A stretch of DNA of 61,944 nucleotides from Burkholderiales bacterium (GTDB lineage Bacteria > Pseudomonadota > Gammaproteobacteria > Burkholderiales > JALYOK01), in assembly GCA_046598945.1 (NCBI GenBank), contig JBKJHT010000100.1, forward strand, positions 1-61,944, in the 5' to 3' direction. How positions within the stretch are numbered: position 1 is the first letter of the stretch; the number at the start of each line of letters is the position of its first letter. The translations under genes were made by a program, and so were the position numbers. Positions 48,130 through 58,003 of this stretch are shown in pieces. The notes under the pieces were generated by a model. That model did not search any database. It was not told the DNA's origin and worked only from the letters and a program-made list of their open reading frames with translations.

Positions 48130-48909
48130 CTACATCGTTCCACCGTAGGCGCCGCCATCGATCAGGAAATTCTGCCCGACGATGTAACCGCCGTAGGCGC
48201 TGCAAAGAAATGCTGCGGCCATGCCGAATTCCTCAGTGTTGCCGAAGCGGCCCGCCGCAATGGGCTTCAAGCGCTCGGCCTCGACTTCATCGTAGGTTTT
48301 TCCCGCCATTTTTGCGCCGGCGCTGATGCGGCTAGTCATGGTGTCAGTCACGAACAGACCGGGCAACAGATTGTTGATGGTGACGTTATGCTTCGCCACT
48401 GCCCGGGACAGGCCGGCGACAAAACCCGTCAGCCCGGTGCGCGCACCGTTCGACAACGCGAGGATATCGACGGGCGCTTTTACCGCCGCCGAGGTAATGT
48501 TTACGATGCGGCCAAACTTGCGCGCGATCATGCCGTCGATGGTCGCTTTCATCAATTCGATCGGTGTCAGCATGTTGGCGTCGAGGGCCTTGATCCAATC
48601 GTCGCGGGAGAAATCGCGGAAGTCACCGGCCGGTGGGCCGCCTGCGTTGTTGATTAAGATATCGGGATTAGGGCAGGCGGCTAAGACTTTTGCGCGCCCC
48701 TCGAGCGTCGTGATGTCACCTGCGACTGCTGTAATCGTGCCGCCGCCAAGCTTACGTAATTCCGCCGCGGTTTGCTCCAGCGTTTCCGCGGTACGTGCCG
48801 TAATGGTGATGTTGACGCCTTCTTTCGCTAGGGCCATCGCGCAACCTTTGCCCAAGCCTTTGCTCGCGGCGCATACGATGGCGTTTTTTCCTTTGATGCC
48901 TAAATCCAT
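48130..48909 (-). CDS. SDR family oxidoreductase (3-oxoacyl-ACP reductase-like, atypical)
   Basis: AASKGLG and NNAGGPP; SNGAR in place of YxxxK. Confidence 0.9.
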   Translation of the reverse strand: MDLGIKGKNAIVCAASKGLGKGCAMALAKEGVNITITARTAETLEQTAAELRKLGGGTITAVAGDITTLEGRAKVLAACPNPDILINNAGGPPAGDFRDFSRDDWIKALDANMLTPIELMKATIDGMIARKFGRIVNITSAAVKAPVDILALSNGARTGLTGFVAGLSRAVAKHNVTINNLLPGLFVTDTMTSRISAGAKMAGKTYDEVEAERLKPIAAGRFGNTEEFGMAAAFLCSAYGGYIVGQNFLIDGGAYGGTM

Positions 48910-48969
48910 GAATCCTCCAAGATTGGTAAAAGTTCGTTTCCGGCTATTCGTGTAGCCTTAGGCCACTCC

Positions 48970-49049
48970 GTCATTCCCGCGCCGGCGGGAATCCATTTGG
49001 CATTGGAAAATTTTGCCGCGGTATGGAATCCCGCCGGCGCGGGAATGAC
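48970..49049. repeat. Inverted pair of ATTCCC-N8-GGGAAT (dRS3-like/REP-like) palindromes
   Basis: 48970-48996 and 49023-49049 are reverse complements at 26/27. Confidence 0.88.
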
Positions 49050-49074
49050 AGCTCATTACTGGTATTGTAAATAA

Positions 49075-50460
49075 TCAAAAAGGCAACACCACATCCGGTT
49101 TCGCTGCGGAAATCACTCGCCGAAAATCATTCTGAATGCGCTTCAACGCCGCCTCATTATCCGCCTCGAAGCGCAGCACGACCACCGGCGTGGTGTTCGA
49201 CGAGCGCGCCAGGCCAAACCCATCGGCGTACTCCACGCGCATGCCGTCGATAGTAATAATATCGCGCGGATTATCGAACTTCGCGGTTTTTTGCATCTGC
49301 TCAATCAACGCGTAGTTCTCGCCTTCCTGGAGTTTGATTTGCAACTCCGGCGTCGCGATGGCGTCGGGTAATGCATTCAACGTCGCGTTGAGATTCTTTT
49401 CGCGGCTCAAAATCTCCAGCAACCTTGCGCCGGCGTACAAGCCATCGTCGAAACCGAACCAGCGCTCCTTGAAGAAAACGTGGCCGCTCATCTCGCCCGC
49501 GAGTTGTGCGCCGCTCTCGCGCATTTTTGCCTTGATCAGCGAGTGACCGGTTTTCCACATGGTGGCTTTGCCGCCGTGTTGCTCGATCCACGGTTTGAGA
49601 TTGCGCGTACATTTCACGTCATAAATAATCTCCGCGCCGGGCTTGCGGCTCAGTACATCGGCGGCGAATAACATCAATTGCCGGTCGGGAAAAATGACAT
49701 TCCCTTCCTTCGTCACCACGCCCAAGCGATCACCGTCGCCATCGAAGGCAAAACCCAATTCCGCGTCGCTCGATTTCAGTGTGCGGATCACATCCTGCAA
49801 GTTTTCCACGTGAGCCGGATCGGGATGGTGATTCGGAAAATTTCCGTCCACCTCGCAAAATAATTCGATCACTTCGCAGCCGAGCTGGCGAAACAATGTC
49901 GGCGCATACGCGCCGGGCGCACCGTTGCCGCAGTCGACGACGATCTTGATCGGCCGCGCAAGTTTGATATGTCCGACGATCTTATTCAGATAATCATCGG
50001 TCACGTTGCGCTGCGAATATTGGCCGTGGCCTTGCTTCAAATCGCCGGCCTCGAAGCGGCTGCGCAGCGCTTGAATGGTATCGCCGTACAGCGTCTCGCC
50101 GCCGAGCACCATCTTGAGCCCGTTGTATTCCGGTGGATTGTGCGAACCCGTTACCATGACGCCGGAGTAATTCGCCCATTCGTGGGCGGCGTAATACAAC
50201 ATCGGCGTCGCCACCATGCCGACATCGATCACGTTAATTCCGGTGGATTGAATCCCTTGTGCCAGTGCCTGCGACAAGCTTGGCCCGGATAATCGCCCAT
50301 CGCGACCGATGACGATGGTAGACAGCCCGCGCGCCGACGCTTCCGAGCCGAGGGCTTGGCCGATGGCGGTAACGATTTCCGGCGTTAAGCTGTGATCGAC
50401 GATGCCGCGAATATCGTAGGCCTTGAAAATTTCCTTGGGTAGCGATAGGGCGGCATTCAT
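49075..50460 (-). CDS. algC: Phosphomannomutase/phosphoglucomutase (AlgC-like)
   Basis: FKAYDIRG, TGSHNP, DGDGDR and GEMSGH. Confidence 0.93.
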   Translation of the reverse strand: MNAALSLPKEIFKAYDIRGIVDHSLTPEIVTAIGQALGSEASARGLSTIVIGRDGRLSGPSLSQALAQGIQSTGINVIDVGMVATPMLYYAAHEWANYSGVMVTGSHNPPEYNGLKMVLGGETLYGDTIQALRSRFEAGDLKQGHGQYSQRNVTDDYLNKIVGHIKLARPIKIVVDCGNGAPGAYAPTLFRQLGCEVIELFCEVDGNFPNHHPDPAHVENLQDVIRTLKSSDAELGFAFDGDGDRLGVVTKEGNVIFPDRQLMLFAADVLSRKPGAEIIYDVKCTRNLKPWIEQHGGKATMWKTGHSLIKAKMRESGAQLAGEMSGHVFFKERWFGFDDGLYAGARLLEILSREKNLNATLNALPDAIATPELQIKLQEGENYALIEQMQKTAKFDNPRDIITIDGMRVEYADGFGLARSSNTTPVVVLRFEADNEAALKRIQNDFRRVISAAKPDVVLPF

Positions 50461-50530
50461 AGCGAAATTGAGAGTGGTAGGGTTAAGGTAAACTCGATTC
50501 TACCAAGACGCCGAGAGGTTGGGTAAGCCA

Positions 50531-51106
50531 ATGACGAAAACGAATCTGATTCGCTGTGCCTGGGTTAGCGATGATCCGCTCTATGTTGCCTATCATGATC
50601 GGGAGTGGGGTGTTCCAGTGCATGACGATCGCACCTTGTTCGAGTTTCTTATTCTCGAGGGCGCGCAGGCCGGCTTAAGCTGGATCACCATTTTGAAGAA
50701 GCGCGAGAACTATCGCCGCGCCTTAGATGGCTTCGATGTGCTTAAAATCGCACGCTATGATGCCGCCAAGATCCGCGCCCTGCTTGCCGATCCGGGCATC
50801 GTTCGCAACCGCCTGAAGATTGCGGCGACGATTCAAAACGCAAAATCGTTTCTCGATGTGCAAAAAGAGTTTGGCAGTTTTGATGCCTACATTTGGAAAT
50901 TTATGGGCGGTAAACCCATACTCAGTGACTGGCAGACGAACGCCGACGCACCGGCAAAAACGCCGCAATCCGATCTCATGTCAAAAGACTTGGCCAAACG
51001 TGGTTTCAAGTTCGTCGGCTCGACGATCTGCTACGCATTCATGCAAGCGGTGGGAATGGTCAATGATCATAGCGCCGATTGTTTCCGGCATATTTCGCAA
51101 AAATGA
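50531..51106 (+). CDS. tag: DNA-3-methyladenine glycosylase I
   Basis: RCAW, YHDREWG, LEGAQAGLSW, RNRLKI and NDH..DC. Confidence 0.96.
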   Translation: MTKTNLIRCAWVSDDPLYVAYHDREWGVPVHDDRTLFEFLILEGAQAGLSWITILKKRENYRRALDGFDVLKIARYDAAKIRALLADPGIVRNRLKIAATIQNAKSFLDVQKEFGSFDAYIWKFMGGKPILSDWQTNADAPAKTPQSDLMSKDLAKRGFKFVGSTICYAFMQAVGMVNDHSADCFRHISQK

Positions 51107-51113
51107 AAATTAG

Positions 51114-51254
51114 GGAAGTTCGGAATAAGTTCGAGTTCTAAATAAGACAAGCCGCGAACAAAAAATATCGACGCGGCATAGGCATGATATATAAGGCGAT
51201 ATTTTTTGTTCGCAACGCAGCATCATGACGAAATCGGACTTATTCAGAGCTTCC
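51114..51254. mobile_element. 141-bp non-autonomous IS5-type MITE
   Basis: Imperfect terminal IRs GGAAG-N4-GAATAAGT; TTAG direct repeat at 51110-51113 and 51255-51258; internal perfect 17-bp IR at 51154-51170/51197-51213. Confidence 0.82.
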
Positions 51255-52802
51255 TTAGCGCAGCAAGCGAGCGTCTTCAAGATCCAACTCATGTTCGATT
51301 TCGTGCAGGGTTTCATCGCCGATTTCTTGCGCCCGCCATAGGCGAATCAACTCTTTGCGCTGCGCCGCGACCAAGGCAAGATGAAGGTGGTTTAACGAGT
51401 CCGAATGATCGTTAAACGCCAGGCGCGTTGGATGCAGCGATTCAATACGCTGCCGGTATTCCTCGCGTACCAATTCGGCGGTTGCTTGCGCCGTAGGGTT
51501 GTCGCGGGAACAAGAATCGAATTCCAGCAGGGCCGCTTGCAGTACCTTGATGCGCGCCCCCCGCTCCTCGGCGTGGGATTTCCAGTCGGCGCCGATTTTC
51601 AGGAAGCGAATCAACGGCGGCATGGTCAAGCCTTGAACCACCAGCGTGGCGACAATGACGCAAAAAGTTAGAAAAATGATCAGGTCGCGATAGGGAAATT
51701 CGGCCGGGAGCGCTAGCGCGGCGGCGAGTGAAACAATACCGCGCATGCCGCACCAGCCGATCAAAGTGACCATCTGCCAACCGGGTTTTGGCTCCGCATT
51801 GCGAATGCGCGAACTCAGCCAACGTGGGATGTAGGCCGAGGGGAAAACCCACGCCAGGCGTACCGCCATGGCGACCAAGCTCACCACCAGGCCCCAGCCG
51901 AGCAATTGCGTTAACGAGCGATTGCCCAATGCCAGCAAAATTTCCGGAAGCTGCAAGCCGATCAATATAAAGATCAGGCAATTCATGACGAACACCACCA
52001 ATTGCCACACCGATCTGCCGAGCAAACGAGTTTGCGGCGAGAACACTTCCGGCGCATGGCGTGCACGCAACAACCCGGCGGCAACCACGGCAAGCACACC
52101 CGAGACATGAATGGTCTCGGCAAACAAATACGCGGTGTAGGGAAGGGTGAGCGAAAGCATGATCTCGATCAAGGAATCGTGTAAGCGCCGGTGCAGTAAA
52201 ACATAGGCGTAACCGATTATCATGCCGACCAGCACGCCGCCCACGGCGACCAGAACAAACTGGCCGCTGGCGCCGGCAATCGAAAAGGTTCCGCTGAGCG
52301 CGGCGGCGACAGCAAATTTATATAGCACCAGCCCGGTCGCGTCATTTACCAGGCTTTCGCCTTCGAGGATGGTGACGGTGCGGCGTGACAGCTTCATCGT
52401 CCCGAGGATCGCAGTCGCGGCGACCGCGTCCGGCGGGGAAATAATGGCGCCAAAGGCAAAGGCCGCGGCCCATGGCATGTCCGGCGCCAGCCATTTCAAT
52501 GCGACGCCAACAATCAAGGTTGTCGCGATCACCAGGCCGATTGCCAAGAATGAAATGGGGCGAAGCGCGCGTGAGAAATCGCGCCACGATGTCATTAGCG
52601 CGGCGGGGTAAAGGATCGGTGGTAGAAAAAGAACCAGGATCAAGTTCGGATCGAGCGTGAGCTTTGGCAGGTGCGGTACCAGACTTAAGGCTATACCACC
52701 CAACGTGAGCACGATCGGGTATGGAATATGCCACCGACGTGCCAGCCAAGTGAGCCCGACGGCGCACAGCAACAGTGCAACGATGAGTTCAATGAGCAGC
52801 AT
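51255..52802 (-). CDS. CPA1-family Na+/H+ antiporter (YjcE/NhaK-like)
   Basis: FLPPIL, SPPDAVA, EGESLVNDA, SGVLAVV and GMRGIVSLAAAL; ATG at 52802. Confidence 0.93.
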   Translation of the reverse strand: MLLIELIVALLLCAVGLTWLARRWHIPYPIVLTLGGIALSLVPHLPKLTLDPNLILVLFLPPILYPAALMTSWRDFSRALRPISFLAIGLVIATTLIVGVALKWLAPDMPWAAAFAFGAIISPPDAVAATAILGTMKLSRRTVTILEGESLVNDATGLVLYKFAVAAALSGTFSIAGASGQFVLVAVGGVLVGMIIGYAYVLLHRRLHDSLIEIMLSLTLPYTAYLFAETIHVSGVLAVVAAGLLRARHAPEVFSPQTRLLGRSVWQLVVFVMNCLIFILIGLQLPEILLALGNRSLTQLLGWGLVVSLVAMAVRLAWVFPSAYIPRWLSSRIRNAEPKPGWQMVTLIGWCGMRGIVSLAAALALPAEFPYRDLIIFLTFCVIVATLVVQGLTMPPLIRFLKIGADWKSHAEERGARIKVLQAALLEFDSCSRDNPTAQATAELVREEYRQRIESLHPTRLAFNDHSDSLNHLHLALVAAQRKELIRLWRAQEIGDETLHEIEHELDLEDARLLR

Positions 52803-52904
52803 CTTGTCCCTTCTCTGCAGTAAACACAGCATATCATTTCCGCTTGGAGATAGTCAGGGCGCGTCCAAGTGCGATAACATAAAACTTCAAGGAACGGAGG
52901 CGGA

Positions 52905-54137
52905 ATGTTGACGGCAATGTTTGCAGGTTGGCTAGTGTTGGCGGCAATCGCCGGGTGCGGCGCGGCGTGGCTATGGTGCGGGCGCATGATGCAAAGCCGG
53001 ATAGCGGCAATGCAGTCGGAATCCAGTGCCAAGCACCAGCAACTCAAACGCGATTTAGACGCTCGCGTGGCGCGGCTGGAAAGCGATTTGTCGGGCGCAA
53101 AAGAATTAGTTCGCTTGCGCGATTCCACCGTCGCCGAACGCGATCGTTTAATTCGGCAGCAAACGGAACTGCTGGCGGAAAATTCGAGTCGCATCGCGTC
53201 GTTGAACGCCGAGAGCGAGGAGCGTCAAGAAAAATTGACTCAGCGCGACGCGGCGCTCGCCGCGCTGGAACAAAATTATCACGCCGAGCATTCGCTCGCT
53301 GCTGAACAAAAGAAGCAATTGGCGAACCTCGATGCGCGTCTGGTACAGCTCACGCCGGTACCGGCCAAACTCGCGGCAACCGAGGAAGAATTGAAGCAGA
53401 CTTGGATTCGGCTTGCATCCGTTCAAGCCCTGGTAAACACCCAAGACCAGGAAATTTCCCAGCTACACAAACGCACGGTTGAACTCGAGCCCTTAACCAT
53501 CCAAGTAAAAGATCGCCAGGCGCGGCTCGTGGAAACCCAAGGTCAGCTTGCCGAGGCCGTTCGTAGTCGTGACAGCGATATCGCGCAACTGAAAAAACGC
53601 TTGGCTGAATTCGATCTGTTGCCGCGGCGTCTCAGCGAAACCGAGGCGAGGCGTGTACGGCTCGCCAATGAATTAGACGCCATGCGCCGCGCCAAAGACG
53701 AGGAGATTGAGTCACTGCAAATAGAGCTTAAAGCGGTCGCCGAGTTGCAACAACGGCTTGGCGAGCGCGACCGGCAATTGTTGGCTAGCCGCGAGCAAGC
53801 AATCGTCGCGATCCGCAACCACGATCTGGATCATGCGGTGCTCAAAACCGAGTTAGCGCAACGCGCGCTGGAACTCGATGCGAAGAACACGACAATCGGC
53901 CGCGCCTACCAACAGTTAGCGGAATTCGCGCCCTTACCGGAAGCCCTGGCGAAGCGTTCGGCGCGCGCGTTGGAACTGGAGCGCGGTATCGCGCAGCGGG
54001 AACAACGCCTTCGACTCGCAGTAGGCGAGGCGGCGAATTTGCGCGCCAGGGTCTTGCAGTGGATGCGCGTGGGGGGTGCATTGGCCGCGCGCGACGCCGA
54101 GATTGCGCGCCTGCGATCGCGCTTGGCGAGTAGTTGA
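52905..54137 (+). CDS. Membrane-anchored long coiled-coil protein
   Basis: One N-terminal TM helix followed by heptad-rich sequence with degenerate ~40-45-aa repeats; GGAGG RBS. Confidence 0.8.
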   Translation: MLTAMFAGWLVLAAIAGCGAAWLWCGRMMQSRIAAMQSESSAKHQQLKRDLDARVARLESDLSGAKELVRLRDSTVAERDRLIRQQTELLAENSSRIASLNAESEERQEKLTQRDAALAALEQNYHAEHSLAAEQKKQLANLDARLVQLTPVPAKLAATEEELKQTWIRLASVQALVNTQDQEISQLHKRTVELEPLTIQVKDRQARLVETQGQLAEAVRSRDSDIAQLKKRLAEFDLLPRRLSETEARRVRLANELDAMRRAKDEEIESLQIELKAVAELQQRLGERDRQLLASREQAIVAIRNHDLDHAVLKTELAQRALELDAKNTTIGRAYQQLAEFAPLPEALAKRSARALELERGIAQREQRLRLAVGEAANLRARVLQWMRVGGALAARDAEIARLRSRLASS

Positions 54138-54194
54138 GAATCAAAACCAGCGTGACGAGTATCATGTCGGCCGTGGCCTTCACAAGGAAAAGTT

Positions 54195-54446
54195 TTGCTC
54201 AGTGACATCGTCGGAAGTATTGCTGCAACGCTAACCACCATTGCATTTCTTCCTCAAGCCATTCAGGTTATCAAGACCAAATCGACCCGTGACATTTCGC
54301 TGGTGATGTACCTGGTGTTCACCATTGGCGTCGCGTTTTGGCTGACCTACGGCATCCTGCTCGGCGCCGTGCCGATTATTATCGGTAATATCGTGACGTT
54401 AATTCTTGCGCTGATCGTATTGCTGATGAAACTAAAATACGGATGA
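54195..54446 (+). CDS. SemiSWEET (PQ-loop/MtN3) transporter
   Basis: LTTIAFLPQ, TRDISL, WLTYG and PIIIGN; three TM helices; AAGGA RBS. Confidence 0.93.
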   Translation: MLSDIVGSIAATLTTIAFLPQAIQVIKTKSTRDISLVMYLVFTIGVAFWLTYGILLGAVPIIIGNIVTLILALIVLLMKLKYG

Positions 54447-54540
54447 GCCAGGAGCCGCATAGCGCTAGGCCACCCTGTGGATAGTTCGTGATGGCGAGGC
54501 ATAGGCTGGGAGCCAATATCCATGCGGCTTTACAGGCATT
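54447..54540. repeat. Mosaic repeat copy between convergent genes
   Basis: 54457-54481 matches 12482-12506 at 19/25; 54504-54521 matches 40843-40860 at 16/18. Confidence 0.6.
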
Positions 54541-54551
54541 AAGAAAATAAA

Positions 54552-55061
54552 CTATGGCGCCGCGACGATGCGGCGCCCGCCGTTGAAGCGTCGCGCCCAG
54601 TAACCCGCATTCATGTCGCTGATTTGCACCGCCTTGCCGGTACTCGGGGCGTGGATAAAGCGCTGCTCGCCGAGATAGATGCCAACGTGAGAAAACGCGT
54701 GTTTAAGTGTATGGAAAAATACCAAGTCACCGGGCTGCAAATTGGCGCGCGCAATCGGCTCGCCGCGTTCGCTCATGGCGACGGAATTGCGTGGCAAGAA
54801 GATGCCAACCGCGTTGTTGAATACGTGCGAGACATAGCCGCTGCAATCCCAACCGGTGTCCGGATCCGTGCCGCCGAAGCGATATTTCACGCCGAGGAAG
54901 GCAAGCGCATGAAACACCAACTCGTGGGCGCGCTCGGCCCAATCATGCCCCGGATCATTGGCGGATTCGCTGGCCTGTTCTTCGCGCGCCTGTGCTTCCG
55001 CCCACGAGGGCACACTAAGCAGCGGCAGTGTTGCGACCAGCATCAAACCTAATTTTTTCAT
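54552..55061 (-). CDS. NlpC/P60 (C40) cell-wall peptidase
   Basis: Signal peptide from ATG 55061; YRFGG, DCSG, PGDLVFF, HVGIYLG and FIHA. Confidence 0.94.
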   Translation of the reverse strand: MKKLGLMLVATLPLLSVPSWAEAQAREEQASESANDPGHDWAERAHELVFHALAFLGVKYRFGGTDPDTGWDCSGYVSHVFNNAVGIFLPRNSVAMSERGEPIARANLQPGDLVFFHTLKHAFSHVGIYLGEQRFIHAPSTGKAVQISDMNAGYWARRFNGGRRIVAAP

Positions 55062-55163
55062 AGCCCATGGTGTACGATTGTGCGGCCGGTCGTCAAGGGG
55101 CTCGCGCGAACAGGCTCTATCCGTCACAATGCAGGTCGAACCCTTCATCGCAAAAATCTAAAC

Positions 55164-57101
55164 ATGATTCAAACCGCTTCCTACGGCGCCTGGAACTCGC
55201 CGATTACCGCCGATCTCATCGCCGCCGGCGGCGCCGTTCGGCTCAGTGGCTGCAAGATAGTTGACGGTAAGATTTACTGGCTTGAGGGGCGTCCGTTGGA
55301 AGGTGGGCGCAACGTTCTGGTGTGCCGACAATTGACCGGGGAAATCGCGGACGTCACGCCACAAAACTTCAATGTCCGCACCCGCGCCCACGAGTATGGC
55401 GGCGGCGCTTTTGTGATTGGCGCAGACGCGGTTTATTTTTGTAACGATTCCGACCAACGCGTTTATCGTCAGCCGTGGGGCGAGCCGCCTGCGCCGATCA
55501 CGCCCATCGGTCAGCGCCGTTATGCCGATTTGTTGCTTGACGAGAAGCGTGCTGCGCTGATTGCCGTGTGCGAAGACCATGGCGTCGATGCGCGCGAGCC
55601 CGAGAACACCTTGATCGAAATTGATATCGACAGTGGCGACACTAAGGTCTTGGTAAGTGGCACGGATTTCTATTCCTCGCCGCGCTTAAGTCCCGATGGC
55701 GACAGGCTCGCCTGGCTCTGCTGGCGCCATCCGAATATGCCCTGGGACAGCACCGAGTTGTGGCTCGCAGCGCGGGGCGCGGATGGCTTGCTGTCGAACG
55801 CCAGCCGTGTTGCGGGCGGCGAAGATGAGTCGATTTTTCAGCCTGAGTGGTCGCCCGGCGGCGAATTATTTTTCGTCTCGGATCGTTCCGGCTGGTGGAA
55901 TATCTATCGATTGCGCGATGGCCATGTTGCTGCCGTGTGTCCGATGGATGCGGAGTTCGGACTGCCGCAATGGGTGTTCGGCTTATCGACTTATGCGTTC
56001 GTTGGCTCGAACGAAATCGTCTGCAGTCACTGTGTCCGTGGTGTCTGGTCGCTCGCGCGAATCGATCTTTCCAGCGGGAAACTCAGCGTGATTGTAGCGT
56101 CTTTTTCCGACATCGGTTTTATTTCCGCGCACGGCGAGCGTGTTGTGTTCGGCGCGGCGGCGCCCAAGGAAGTCGATGCCGTTTACGAGTTGGATATCGC
56201 TCGCGGCTATGCGCAAGTGATCCGCCGCGCCAGCGCAACGGCGATTGCGGCGGACTATTTCTCCACACCGGAAACCATCGAGTTTCCCACTGAGAATGGG
56301 CTTACCGCGTTCGGCTATTTTTATCCACCGTGTAATCCGGGCTGCGCCGCGCCAGCCGCCGAACGACCGCCGTTGATCGTCATCAGTCACGGCGGGCCGA
56401 CTTCCGCGACCACCAATGCGCTGAAACTCGGCATCCAGTATTGGACCAGCCGCGGTTTCGCGGTGCTCGATGTCAACTATGGCGGCAGCAGCGGATTCGG
56501 GCGCGCCTATCGACGCCGCTTAAACGGCGCGTGGGGTATCGTCGACATCGCCGACTGCATCAACGGCGCAAAATTTTTCGCCGATCGCGGACGGGTCGAC
56601 GGCAACCGGTTGATCATTCGCGGCAACAGCGCAGGTGGCTACACTACCCTCGGCGCGCTGACCTTCCACGATTGCTTCAAAGCGGGCGCGAGCTACTATG
56701 GCGTCAGTGATCTCACGGCATTGGCAGAGGACACGCATAAATTTGAATCGCGCTACTTGGATCGCCTGATCGGTCCCTACCCTGCGGCGAAACAAATCTA
56801 TCTTGATCGTTCACCGATCAACCATGTCGAGCGCTTGAACGCCCCAGTGATTTTTTTGCAAGGACTGGACGACAAAGTCGTGCCGCCGAATCAAGCCGAA
56901 GCTATGGTCGACGCGTTAAAGCGCAAAGGTTTGCCCGTGGCGTACCTCGGTTTTCCCAGCGAGCAACATGGTTTTCGGCGCAGCGAGACGTTAAAACGCG
57001 CCCTCGACGCGGAGTTATATTTTTACGCAAAGGTTTTCGGTTTCGAATTGCCGAATACCATCGATCCGGTGGAGATTTTCAATCTGGTAGAGGAGAAATA
57101 G
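55164..57101 (+). CDS. S9 family peptidase (dipeptidyl aminopeptidase/acylaminoacyl peptidase-like)
   Basis: YGAWNSPI, HEYGGG, HGGPT, nucleophile GNSAGG, DKVVPP and HGFR; ATG at 55164. Confidence 0.93.
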   Translation: MIQTASYGAWNSPITADLIAAGGAVRLSGCKIVDGKIYWLEGRPLEGGRNVLVCRQLTGEIADVTPQNFNVRTRAHEYGGGAFVIGADAVYFCNDSDQRVYRQPWGEPPAPITPIGQRRYADLLLDEKRAALIAVCEDHGVDAREPENTLIEIDIDSGDTKVLVSGTDFYSSPRLSPDGDRLAWLCWRHPNMPWDSTELWLAARGADGLLSNASRVAGGEDESIFQPEWSPGGELFFVSDRSGWWNIYRLRDGHVAAVCPMDAEFGLPQWVFGLSTYAFVGSNEIVCSHCVRGVWSLARIDLSSGKLSVIVASFSDIGFISAHGERVVFGAAAPKEVDAVYELDIARGYAQVIRRASATAIAADYFSTPETIEFPTENGLTAFGYFYPPCNPGCAAPAAERPPLIVISHGGPTSATTNALKLGIQYWTSRGFAVLDVNYGGSSGFGRAYRRRLNGAWGIVDIADCINGAKFFADRGRVDGNRLIIRGNSAGGYTTLGALTFHDCFKAGASYYGVSDLTALAEDTHKFESRYLDRLIGPYPAAKQIYLDRSPINHVERLNAPVIFLQGLDDKVVPPNQAEAMVDALKRKGLPVAYLGFPSEQHGFRRSETLKRALDAELYFYAKVFGFELPNTIDPVEIFNLVEEK

Positions 57102-57103
57102 CC

Positions 57104-57988
57104 ATGGCTAAGGTCAACCTGTTTTGGAATCCGACGGGCTTTGAGTTGGATTCCCTCGGCACTAAACAACTCACCAAGATTTCCGATGGCGACACGCCGC
57201 AGGTTTCTTTTTCGATTCGCATGCTGAGCATCGACACGCCCGAAGTTCACTATCCCGGCACGCAAAGCCCAAGCAAGCACGATTCCAAGTTGGCGCAACT
57301 CGGCGACTGGATACAACAAGGCAAAGCGCCGATCGATGGAGCGCTCGGCGAGCATCTGCGACCCAAGCTCGCAACCGGAAGCGCCGGAACCTTGCAAAAG
57401 CAGCAAGGCGATCTTGCGTCACAAGCGTTTCAAGATTTGCTCGACGCTAAGCTCACCAAACCGAATGGCCGCAAGCGCTCCGTGTTCTTGCGCAGTGCCG
57501 ATGAGAAATTCGATCAGTACGGTCGTGTGCTCGCCTATGTCGCGCCGTCCTACGACCCGGTGGAATTGGCCGGCATGACGCCGCTGCAACGGGCGACGTT
57601 CAATTTGCTGATGGTGGACAGCGGATGGGCGGCGCCGTTTCCTATTTATCCAAGTTTGCCGAAATATACGGATCTGGTTTTGTTTCAATCGGTCGCGGAA
57701 GACGCAATGCTGCAAAAACGCGGCGCCTACGCCGATGCGCAGTCCTTGGCGGGCTATGAATTTCGCATGTGTTATCGGTTGTGGGAAGTGACCGACGACT
57801 TGCAGAAAAGCAAGAAACTCAGCGAGAGCGAACGACTCGAATGGATCGAGCGTTTCTGTGTCGACATGACCACGCGCCAAATATTTTTTCCCCAGGACTA
57901 TCATCGTGTACAACCGTTCAACCGCGTCTTCATTTGGCCGAAAGATGCGAATGATGCCGCGGGCAAACTCAATCTAACCCCCGGTTAA
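57104..57988 (+). CDS. Thermonuclease (SNase)-family protein without a signal peptide
   Basis: DGDT, RMLSIDTPE, DQYGRVLAYV and NLLMVDSGWA; GAGGAG RBS. Confidence 0.8.
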   Translation: MAKVNLFWNPTGFELDSLGTKQLTKISDGDTPQVSFSIRMLSIDTPEVHYPGTQSPSKHDSKLAQLGDWIQQGKAPIDGALGEHLRPKLATGSAGTLQKQQGDLASQAFQDLLDAKLTKPNGRKRSVFLRSADEKFDQYGRVLAYVAPSYDPVELAGMTPLQRATFNLLMVDSGWAAPFPIYPSLPKYTDLVLFQSVAEDAMLQKRGAYADAQSLAGYEFRMCYRLWEVTDDLQKSKKLSESERLEWIERFCVDMTTRQIFFPQDYHRVQPFNRVFIWPKDANDAAGKLNLTPG

Positions 57989-58003
57989 ATAGACCTCCAA
58001 GAA

